Below are positions 53,963 to 61,970 of a stretch of DNA of 64,000 bases, one piece after another. How positions within the stretch are numbered: the stretch's first letter is position 1; the number at the start of each line of letters is the position of its first letter. A model generated the notes under the pieces. That model searched no databases and was not told the DNA's origin. It saw only the letters and a list, made by a program, of their open reading frames with translations. The translations under genes and the position numbers were made by a program. Source of the stretch: Bryobacterales bacterium (GTDB lineage: Bacteria; Acidobacteriota; Terriglobia; Bryobacterales; UBA6623); NCBI GenBank assembly GCA_963422375.2, contig OY729428.2:1216001-1280000 (forward strand), read 5' to 3'.

Positions 53963-54955
53963 TCAGAACAGAAATGTGAACAGGGCAACCGCCAGCCAGA
54001 GCGCGACCATCGCGGAGGCCGCCAGCGCCAACGACGCCAAGACCCAAGAGACGCCCCTGAAGAGCCTTCCGCCGGCGCGTTCGGCATCCTGTCTCAGGGA
54101 CGGAGTCGAGAATCTCGAGAGAGCCTGCGAGACGCTCTGCGACGCCAGCCCCTGGGCTCGCGTCGCGTCCGCTTGGGCCGTGGCGGTCTGCTCGATCTTC
54201 GTCGCGACCCGCTCGAGGCTCTCGATCGCCTGCCTGAACCGATCTTCGTCGTCCGCCACCAGTCCCGGCAGCGTCTCGACGAAGGCCTGCAGGGACTGCG
54301 CCGCGACCTTGAGCTCGGTCGCGGCACTCTGGATGCCCGCGCTCCCGAACGTCCTCTCGAGCGACTCGCTGTAGCTCACGAAGCCGTGTTCGAGTTCGCC
54401 TGCCTTTTGCCTGACGACGTCTAGCAGCCCTGCGAGGTGGTCCGTAGTCAGGTTCGCCTGCTCCCGTAGCTTCGCGGCGGCTTGGTGGAGCTGGTCGCGC
54501 ACGTCCTCGTAGGTCGAGTCGATGTCGACGACCGCGCCCTGCGACATGACGACGCGCAAGCAAAGTCCGACGATCGTCGTCCAGAGAGCCGTGCCGAAGG
54601 CCGGCAGGAACGAAATCACGACGTTCGAGACGGACGGCGCGTCCTCCCCCTGCAATTCGAGGCCGATCACGGTGAGACCGGCTGCCAGCGAGGTCGTGGT
54701 GAACAGGAAACCCATGTAGTAGAGGCTCTCGCCGGTCTCCTCCATCGACAGCCTCAGCGTGTCTAGGCAATATCCGCGATACCCGAACATCACGGCAGTC
54801 AGCAGGACGGGAACCAAGAACAGCCGGACGAGGATGTTGTCGATTTCGATCAGGCCGACGATCATCGAAAGCGCGAACGCCACGCCGACGATCACGAGGA
54901 AAACCAGCGTGTGCTCCTTCGCTGGGTCGCGCCCGGCATCCCTACCACTCGCCAA
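53963..54955 (-). CDS. MotA/TolQ/ExbB-like membrane protein with coiled-coil tail and extra C-terminal TM
   Basis: Four N-terminal hydrophobic helices including YYMGFLFT and FGTALWTTIVG (ExbB/TolQ-like AL.TT..G), helical coiled coil, C-terminal TM; TTG start overlaps the upstream gene. Confidence 0.75.
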   Translation of the reverse strand: MASGRDAGRDPAKEHTLVFLVIVGVAFALSMIVGLIEIDNILVRLFLVPVLLTAVMFGYRGYCLDTLRLSMEETGESLYYMGFLFTTTSLAAGLTVIGLELQGEDAPSVSNVVISFLPAFGTALWTTIVGLCLRVVMSQGAVVDIDSTYEDVRDQLHQAAAKLREQANLTTDHLAGLLDVVRQKAGELEHGFVSYSESLERTFGSAGIQSAATELKVAAQSLQAFVETLPGLVADDEDRFRQAIESLERVATKIEQTATAQADATRAQGLASQSVSQALSRFSTPSLRQDAERAGGRLFRGVSWVLASLALAASAMVALWLAVALFTFLF

Positions 54956-55835
54956 CAGGAACCACCTCTTCCACGGTCGCGTTCTGCGAGTCGAAGAACT
55001 CCTCCCACCACTGGGTGTGCTCCGGTCCCTGTATGTCGGGGATCAGGGCGTACTCCATGCGATTCAGGAGCAGCCGCACCGCGGAGCCGCGGAAGTCGAA
55101 TCGCATCCCCCCGGAGTCGGCGAAGTCCTCGAACTCCCCGAGGCGCATCGACGGGCCCAGGTCGCCGAACGAGACCGGGACTCGCCCGGGAGTCGCGAAG
55201 TTTTGCGGCACGACGAAGTCGGACAGAACCGTCAGCGACTTCGAGGCGTGCTCGAATTCGGGGTTGCCGAGAACCAGCCGCGCCACCCCGCCGAGCGAGT
55301 CCACCAAGCTGTAGCGGTAGTCGGGACTCCAGCCCGACAGGTCCTCGACGATCTGGCGGAACGGATTGAGGAACAGTTCCCGGTACCGCTGCTCCGCGAG
55401 GCGCGGGTTGCCCGTCAGGGAGCTCACGCCCGAGCCGTCGCCGGGATTGCAGAACCTCGCCACGGGCTCGAATCGCGCGCCCGTGTCGTAGTTGACTTCG
55501 TAGATCTCGATCAAGGCACTCTTCGGCAGCGTGCCCAAGGTCCTTTCGATCTCCCTGCGGACCTGCCGAATCGTGTTGGGCGATTCCGGGACGAATTGCT
55601 TCGTCACGTAGTCGACGCGCCGGTTGCGCTCGAACAGCAGCACCTCGAGGTGAGGGATGTAGCGGGTGTTCTGCGGGCAGAGGGTCGCTTCGTCGAACGG
55701 AACGACCTGCGGACTTGTCAAGTAAATGTAGCCGAAAAAGGCCGCGCAGAGCAGCACGCAGCCCGCCATCACCCAAGTCGAGGTCCGCTCCCCCCCGGAC
55801 CGGCGAGACCGCCTTCTCCGCCTTGATCGCGCCAC
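54942..55835 (-). CDS. Membrane-anchored extracytoplasmic protein, possibly a degenerate VWA fold
   Basis: GTG 55835 with GGGAGGG SD; Arg-rich N-terminus, TM, DEATLCP, FCNPGDG, LTVLSDF. Confidence 0.7.
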   Translation of the reverse strand: MARSRRRRRSRRSGGERTSTWVMAGCVLLCAAFFGYIYLTSPQVVPFDEATLCPQNTRYIPHLEVLLFERNRRVDYVTKQFVPESPNTIRQVRREIERTLGTLPKSALIEIYEVNYDTGARFEPVARFCNPGDGSGVSSLTGNPRLAEQRYRELFLNPFRQIVEDLSGWSPDYRYSLVDSLGGVARLVLGNPEFEHASKSLTVLSDFVVPQNFATPGRVPVSFGDLGPSMRLGEFEDFADSGGMRFDFRGSAVRLLLNRMEYALIPDIQGPEHTQWWEEFFDSQNATVEEVVPVGEW

Positions 55836-55852
55836 GCCGCTTCCCTCCCGGG

Positions 55853-57157
55853 TCAGAGACCCCGCTGCGACCCCTTGTAGGCAGCCAGGACCTCTCCGCA
55901 CTGCTGGGCGAGCTTGTCCCGGCTCACCCGGGCGAATTCGGCAACGACCTCCGGATCCAAGTGTTCCTCAACCGGCGGCGCGTCCGCCGCCGGCGCCTCG
56001 GGGACGACTACCGGTTCCTCTTCCGGGCAATGCACCGCCTGGACGTATTCGATCTTGGAATGAGCCTTCCGGCGCTCGCTGCGATGCTTGGCGTCCAGTT
56101 CGCGCAAGCGGCTCAGCATCGTCTCGGCGTTCGACAAGGCCGTCCTGTACTGGCTCACGTACGCGTCGATTCCGCGAATGCCGTCGTTCTGCAGCTCGGT
56201 CACCGCCTCCACGGCATCCTCGTACTGTCCCTGGTACTCCTCCTGGGACTTGGCGAGGGCCCTGGCTCGCCGGCTGTACCCCGGGTAGGGGTCCTCGCTG
56301 GTGTAGCCCTTCCACGCCCCGAGGCCGGCCGACATCATTCCCATTCCGAAGAGCATCCACGACATGAAGTCGGACACTCCGAAGTAGTCGGCGGAGAAGG
56401 CGTCCCAAGCGCGCCGCCCCGCATCCATCACCTGGTTGTAGCCTTCGCTGGACAGGAGCGCCTCGCGGTAGTGCGCCACCAGCAGATTGAACAGGACAAG
56501 GATCACGGCACCGAAGAAGATGCTGGCGAACCCGAGGCTCTTGGAGGACCAAGAGCGGGCGTTGACCAGGCGCGCCGCGTTGCCCACGCAGAAGGCGCCG
56601 CCGACGTTGATCAGCGCGATCCCCGCGGCAACGCTCCAGCCCTGCAGCAGCCCTCCTTGGGCACCGATCGCGAGCAGGCTCCCGTTGAGCGCGGTCTCGG
56701 CGATCGCCGCGAGCACCGCGATCAGCGCGTGGCGCAGCTTGCTCTCCGGGTAGTGAGGCTCGTGGCCGATGTCGTTTTCCTTGCGGTAGCGCTCGTAGTC
56801 CCCTAGCCGCGCGGTGCATTCCCTGCGCAAAGCGGCGAGCTCGGCGCCGTCCTGCTCCTTGAGGCTCGCGAGCTCGTTCAGCGATTCCGCGAGGCCCCCT
56901 TCGATTTCGGGCCGCACGTCGCGCACCTTCATCCGGTCAAGGTACGCCGAACGCTGGCGCGAGCAGTAGTCTTCCAAGTCGTGGAGATGGAGCTCGGCCG
57001 ATTCCTTGAGCGCCGCGCGCACGATCTTCGTCTCGGCAGACGGATCCGGGGACCCCAGCCTGCCTAGTTTCGCGCCGAGCAGCTCAACGTCCAGCTCCGG
57101 CCAGCCCCCGGCCTCAAGGGAAGTATCGGGGCCGGGCTCCTTGATTCTCCTCAGCAA
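55853..57157 (-). CDS. Four-TM membrane protein with N- and C-terminal coiled coils, unknown function
   Basis: Hydrophobic helices with polar residues (AETALNG, ALINVG, FNLLVAHYR) and DPYPGY; first gene of a tight operon. Confidence 0.75.
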   Translation of the reverse strand: MLRRIKEPGPDTSLEAGGWPELDVELLGAKLGRLGSPDPSAETKIVRAALKESAELHLHDLEDYCSRQRSAYLDRMKVRDVRPEIEGGLAESLNELASLKEQDGAELAALRRECTARLGDYERYRKENDIGHEPHYPESKLRHALIAVLAAIAETALNGSLLAIGAQGGLLQGWSVAAGIALINVGGAFCVGNAARLVNARSWSSKSLGFASIFFGAVILVLFNLLVAHYREALLSSEGYNQVMDAGRRAWDAFSADYFGVSDFMSWMLFGMGMMSAGLGAWKGYTSEDPYPGYSRRARALAKSQEEYQGQYEDAVEAVTELQNDGIRGIDAYVSQYRTALSNAETMLSRLRELDAKHRSERRKAHSKIEYVQAVHCPEEEPVVVPEAPAADAPPVEEHLDPEVVAEFARVSRDKLAQQCGEVLAAYKGSQRGL

Positions 57158-57184
57158 CCGGGCCGCTCCGCTAGGGATAGACGA

Positions 57185-57251
57185 AGTATAGCGAAGACTC
57201 GGTTTCCTAGCGTCGCGAGCGGGCCGGGGCAGAGGCCGGGCCTTCGCTATA
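57185..57251 (-). promoter_or_regulatory. Putative operon promoter (-10 TATACT) overlapped by an inverted repeat
   Basis: TATACT on the minus strand at 57185-57190; arms TATAGCGAAG (57187-96) and CTTCGCTATA (57242-51). Confidence 0.45.
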
Positions 57252-57278
57252 GCGGGTTAGGTGGCCGTCGACGAGCGG

Positions 57279-58856
57279 CTAGGCCGCCGCGCCCTCCACG
57301 AGCCGCCGGGTAAAGTCCCGCATCCTGCGGTCCATGTCCGCCACTCTGTCGGGCTCGCGCTCCGCGAGATTGCTCTGCTCGGTCGGATCCGCGCGCAGGT
57401 CGTAGAGCTCCGGGCCCTCCTTCGTGATAGCACTGAACTCCCGCTCGCGTGCCCCGGAGTTCTCAACGAACCAGTGGTAGCTCCACTCGTCGTGCCGGAT
57501 GGAGACGCTCTGGTTGTAGTGGCAGCACACGGCTGCGTCGCGGATGCGCTCCTCCTGCCCGCGAATCAGCGGCATCAGGCTCCGGGACGTCATATGGGAC
57601 GGCCGGTCGATGCCGAGCCAGTCGAGAATCGTGGCCGTCACGTCCGTTTGCTGAGTGTAGGAGTCGACCCTCGCAACGCCGTCGCCGGACGGGTCCCGGA
57701 TCATCAGGAGCGTGCGCGCCAGCTCCTCGTATCCCCACGCGCGGGCCTTGCGGACGATGCCGTGGTCGCCGAAGGGCTCGCCGTGATCGGTCATTACGAC
57801 AAGCAGCGTGTCATCGTACATGCCCATCCGCCTGACCTCGTCCAGGAAGTGACCGACCCAAGCGTCCACGAAGCGGACGACCGCGCCGTAGAGCGAGAGC
57901 ACCTGGCGCAATTCCGTCTGGTCCAGGTAGCCCATCGTGTCGCCGGGTACCGGGCAGATGTTGCGCACGGCCCAGCTCGCGAAGTCGGGATCGACGAGCT
58001 TGAGATAGCTCTCCGGCGGGTCCCAAGGCTCGTGCGGGCAGAAGCTGTCGATCCAGAGGAACAGGTTCTCCTTGCGGGGCTGTGCTGCAAGCCAATCGAG
58101 ACCCGCCTGCAGGACCCGGGGGGTGAAGTGGTCCTCGTCGGCCTTCCACGCGTGGCGGTTGGCTAGGTAGGTCCGCGTTTCCCTTGCCTCGTCCGGCCGG
58201 ACTCCTCGCGGCTTGAAGAACGGGGCGACGTCGACGGCGGAGACGATCGCGGGATCGCGCACGTAGGGGTCCTGCTCCTGGCCGCGAATCCACTTGACGT
58301 CGTCGAAGCCCCGGGAGAAGCCGTACGAAGGCTTGTGGAGGTGGTAGGTGTCGCTGACCAGGGACGTGCGGAAGCCCTCGCTCCAGAGGATCTCGGGCAG
58401 CAGGGGATGGTCCTCCGGGTACAGCACCTGCCAGCGCCGGAACGGATAGGTGAACCTGCCCGTCAGCAGGCTGGTGCGGACCGGCACCGTCGGCAGGCCC
58501 TCCGGGTAGGAGTGCGAGAAGAAGGTGGACTCGGCGGCGAACCTGTCGAGATTCGGGGTGGGCACCCTGGAGCTGCCGAAGGCCCCGAGATGGTCCCAGC
58601 GAAAGCTGTCCAGCATCAGGACGATGACGTTCCTGCCGTTCCACTGCTTGCGGGTGGCAGGCCCCCAGGTCGGAGGCGAGAAGACTCGCTCCCGGCCCTT
58701 CAGGGTGTATGCCGCGTGATCGAAATCGGAGACCGGCGCGGGAGCTGTCGTGTCGCCGTCATCGCCGCAGCCCCACAGAGCGGGCGATGCCGCCAGCAGG
58801 GAAGCGGCGGAACTCTTGGCGAACTGGCGGCGGCTCGCCTGCGGCACGTCGGTCAT
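57279..58856 (-). CDS. Tat-exported sulfatase/alkaline phosphatase superfamily hydrolase with Thr at the formylglycine position
   Basis: SRRQFAK Tat motif with lipobox-like LWGC; LDSFRWD, PTVPVRTSLLTGR, PHEPW, TDHG, ELYDLRADPTE. Confidence 0.85.
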   Translation of the reverse strand: MTDVPQASRRQFAKSSAASLLAASPALWGCGDDGDTTAPAPVSDFDHAAYTLKGRERVFSPPTWGPATRKQWNGRNVIVLMLDSFRWDHLGAFGSSRVPTPNLDRFAAESTFFSHSYPEGLPTVPVRTSLLTGRFTYPFRRWQVLYPEDHPLLPEILWSEGFRTSLVSDTYHLHKPSYGFSRGFDDVKWIRGQEQDPYVRDPAIVSAVDVAPFFKPRGVRPDEARETRTYLANRHAWKADEDHFTPRVLQAGLDWLAAQPRKENLFLWIDSFCPHEPWDPPESYLKLVDPDFASWAVRNICPVPGDTMGYLDQTELRQVLSLYGAVVRFVDAWVGHFLDEVRRMGMYDDTLLVVMTDHGEPFGDHGIVRKARAWGYEELARTLLMIRDPSGDGVARVDSYTQQTDVTATILDWLGIDRPSHMTSRSLMPLIRGQEERIRDAAVCCHYNQSVSIRHDEWSYHWFVENSGAREREFSAITKEGPELYDLRADPTEQSNLAEREPDRVADMDRRMRDFTRRLVEGAAA

Positions 58857-58992
58857 CGGACTCGACTATACATCGGCACATCGGCCGACCGTGCGGGGCA
58901 CCCGGAGGGAAGCGCGAGCGTGTCCTGCCTGTACTCCGGGGCAACCGCCCTTCCGTGCCGTGGCCCCGGCTGGTGCCGACCGGGCGGCAGGC

Positions 58993-59016
58993 CCAATGTT
59001 TCACGTGAAACATTGG
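58993..59016. promoter_or_regulatory. parS: parS centromere-like site
   Basis: TGTTTCACGTGAAACA at 58997-59012, inside the 24-bp perfect palindrome CCAATGTTTCACGTGAAACATTGG; intergenic. Confidence 0.9.
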
Positions 59017-59150
59017 AGTGTCGAGACTCTCCCGCCTGGCGCTACACCGCCCGGCGTCTTCCCCGGCGGCCGGCCTGCTGCGCCCCGATTGGCGAGACAG
59101 CCCGAGCGACGGCAGCCGCAGCTGGCGGGCACGGCGAGTAGAATGGTGCC

Positions 59151-61790
59151 GTGCTGCGCACGGCCCTGATCCTCGCCCTCGGCCTCGCGCCGCTGGGAGC
59201 GGTGCCGAAGGAGGCCGAGTTCTTCGAATCCCGCGTGCGACCCGTGCTGGCGGGTCGCTGTTTCGGCTGTCACGCCGAGAACGCCACGGCAGGCCTGCGG
59301 GTCGACTCGCGAGCCGGCCTGATGAGGGGCGGAAGGTCGGGGGCAGCCATCAAGCCCGGCCAGCCCGACGAGAGCATCCTGCTCCACGCGATCCAAGGCA
59401 TCAAGGGCCGGATGGCGATGCCCCCGGCGGGCAAGCGGCTCGAGGACCACCAGATCGAGTCGCTGAAGCAGTGGATCTCTATCGGAGCACCTTGGCCGAT
59501 GTCGCCGCGAGAGTTCTTCGAGGCCCGGGTGCGACCGGTGCTCGAATCGAAGTGTCTCGGATGCCACGCTTCCGAACCGCAGGGCGGCCTGCGCATGGAT
59601 TCGCGGAAAGCCCTGCTGAAGGGCGGAAAATCCGGACCGGCCCTCGTAGCGGGGAATCCCGACGAGAGCCTGATCCTGCAGGCGGTGCGGCGGGAACAAG
59701 CCTTGAAGATGCCTCCGACGGAGCCCCTGCCGCAGAACGAAATCGACGACCTCGCCCGGTGGGTGGCGGACGGAGCCGCATGGGCGGAGAGGCCCGCGCC
59801 GGGAGCCAAGGAGTACCTTATCGGCGAGGAGCATCGGGCACACTGGGCGTTCCAGCCCTTGCAGGCCGGCCCGGTGCCCGCGCCCGAGGGGACGGCCCCA
59901 TCGGGCAACGCGATCGACCGGTTCATTCTGGCCAGTCTTCAACACAGGGGACTGGCGCCGTCGCCGCGAGCGGACAAGCGCACCCTGATCCGACGGGCCG
60001 CCTACGACCTGACGGGCCTGCCCCCGACGCCCGAGGAAAGGGACGCGTTCCTAGCGAGCGAGTCGCCCGATGCGTTCGATGAGCTGCTCGAGCGGCTGCT
60101 CGACTCGCCGCGCTACGGCGAGCGGTGGGGCCGGCACTGGCTCGACCTCGTGCGCTACGCCGACACGGCCGGCGACTCGGGCGACTTCCCCGTGCCGGAA
60201 GCCTACAAGTATCGCAACTACGTGATCGACTCGTTCCAGCACGACAAGCCGTACGACCAATTCATCCGCGAGCAGATTGCCGGGGACCTGCTCGAGTCGG
60301 ACAGCGAAGCGGAGCGCTGGAACCGGACCGTCGCCACGGGCTACCTCGCGATCTCGCGACGCATCGGGGTCAGCCCGCACCGGCTGCGCCACATCACGCT
60401 CGAGGACACCATCGACAACCTCGGCAAGACATTCCTCGGCCTCAGCATCCAGTGCGCCCGCTGCCACGACCACAAGTTCGATCCGATTCCGACAGCCGAT
60501 TACTACGGCCTGTACGGGATCCTCGACAGCTCGGTGTTCCCGCATCCGGGGGCCGAGCACTTGCCCTACCGCAGCAACTTCGTCTACCGGGCTGGCGACG
60601 AGAGGGCCAGGGAGATCAAGGCCTCGTACTCGGAGCGGCTTACCTATTGGAACGACAAGGAGCGCGAGAAGTTTCGCGAGTACCAGTCCTTCCAGAACAA
60701 GCTGATCACCACGCCGGGCCGCTCGCGGGAGGTGGTGTGGGCGGAATTGGAGGCGCTGCGGGCGGAGCGCGCCGTGTTCGCCCGCACCGAGCCGCCGCTC
60801 GAGACGGCATATGCCGTCCGGGACGGCCAGGCAAGAGACTCTCCGATCCACCGCGCGGGGGATCCGAAGGATCCGGGCCCGATCGTCAAGCGAGGGTTCC
60901 TGCAGATTCTCGGCGGCGCGAAGGTGCCTGACGATTCCGAGGGTAGCGGCCGCCGTCTGCTGGCGGATTGGATCGCGGACCCAGGCAACCCGCTCACGGC
61001 GCGGGTGATGGCGAACCGGATCTGGCACTACCACTTCGGCAGCGGACTGGTGCGTACGACGAGCGATTTCGGCGTGAGAGGCTCGCCCCCGACGCATTCG
61101 GAGCTACTGGACTACCTCGCTCGGTACTTCATCGACAGCGGCTGGTCGGTCAAGGCGTTGCACCGCTTGATCATGCAATCGAGCACCTACCGGCAGGCCA
61201 GCCTCGACATCGACGCCAACTACGAGAAGGATCCCCAGAACACACTGGTCTGGCGATACAACCGGCGACGGCTGGACGCGGAGCAGATTCGCGACTCGAT
61301 CCTGTGGTTCAGCGGTGATCTGGACTTCGGCCGGGGCGCACGGCACCCTTTCCCGCACAGGCAGACCTACTTCTACCGTCAGCACGAGCCGTTCTCGGAA
61401 TTCTTCCCGACGAAGCGGCGGTCCGTCTACATCATGCAGCCACGCATCCAGAAGCACCCCTACCTGGATCTGTTCGACGGGCCCGACGGAAACCTGCCGA
61501 TGAGCGAGCGCAAGTCGACGACGACGACGCTTCAGGCCCTTTTCCTAATGAACTCGGCGTTCATCCACCAGCAGGCTCGGGCCATGGCCGAGCGCTGGAG
61601 CGTAGGGGGAGCGAGAGTTGACGAATTCTTCGAGCGGTCGGTGCGAACCGTGTTCGGAAGGAATCCTCGGCCCGGCGAGACCGATAGGGCGCGAGCATAC
61701 TTCGAGGATGCGTCGGGGACGGAGACAGAGAAGCGCGCCGGGTTGCTGCGAGCGATGCTGGCGAGCAACGAGTTCCTCTTCGTAGAGTGA
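59151..61790 (+). CDS. PSD1/planctomycete cytochrome c domain protein (two cytochrome c domains + DUF1549 + DUF1553)
   Basis: Signal peptide, CFGCH and CLGCH in tandem FFE.RVRPVL repeats, YGERWGRHWLD, CARCHDHKFDP, NPLTARVMANRIW, SNEFLFVE. Confidence 0.92.
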   Translation: MLRTALILALGLAPLGAVPKEAEFFESRVRPVLAGRCFGCHAENATAGLRVDSRAGLMRGGRSGAAIKPGQPDESILLHAIQGIKGRMAMPPAGKRLEDHQIESLKQWISIGAPWPMSPREFFEARVRPVLESKCLGCHASEPQGGLRMDSRKALLKGGKSGPALVAGNPDESLILQAVRREQALKMPPTEPLPQNEIDDLARWVADGAAWAERPAPGAKEYLIGEEHRAHWAFQPLQAGPVPAPEGTAPSGNAIDRFILASLQHRGLAPSPRADKRTLIRRAAYDLTGLPPTPEERDAFLASESPDAFDELLERLLDSPRYGERWGRHWLDLVRYADTAGDSGDFPVPEAYKYRNYVIDSFQHDKPYDQFIREQIAGDLLESDSEAERWNRTVATGYLAISRRIGVSPHRLRHITLEDTIDNLGKTFLGLSIQCARCHDHKFDPIPTADYYGLYGILDSSVFPHPGAEHLPYRSNFVYRAGDERAREIKASYSERLTYWNDKEREKFREYQSFQNKLITTPGRSREVVWAELEALRAERAVFARTEPPLETAYAVRDGQARDSPIHRAGDPKDPGPIVKRGFLQILGGAKVPDDSEGSGRRLLADWIADPGNPLTARVMANRIWHYHFGSGLVRTTSDFGVRGSPPTHSELLDYLARYFIDSGWSVKALHRLIMQSSTYRQASLDIDANYEKDPQNTLVWRYNRRRLDAEQIRDSILWFSGDLDFGRGARHPFPHRQTYFYRQHEPFSEFFPTKRRSVYIMQPRIQKHPYLDLFDGPDGNLPMSERKSTTTTLQALFLMNSAFIHQQARAMAERWSVGGARVDEFFERSVRTVFGRNPRPGETDRARAYFEDASGTETEKRAGLLRAMLASNEFLFVE

Positions 61791-61970
61791 CTCCGACGAC
61801 ATCGGAGGAGTTGGCCAACGGCGGCGCTCCTGCCAACCTAAAAGTCCGATTGCACACCGCGACCGGCCCATCTGATCACCCGTGCGATCTCATGACCCTG
61901 AGCGAGTCTCGAGACCGTCGGCGTCACCTGCGTAGAAACGGTTAGAATCTCATCAAGAAGGGCGGAATCG

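Noticed and set aside
53881..53965. Possible read-through or fusion of the MotA-like and MotB-like genes
   Set aside because: The MotB-like gene is in a different frame and has its own GGAGG SD and ATG.
53047..54955. Calling the pair flagellar motAB or canonical Zorya
   Set aside because: No flagellar or zorC/D/E genes are adjacent, Asp is replaced by Glu, and the A-subunit tail is short and membrane-anchored.
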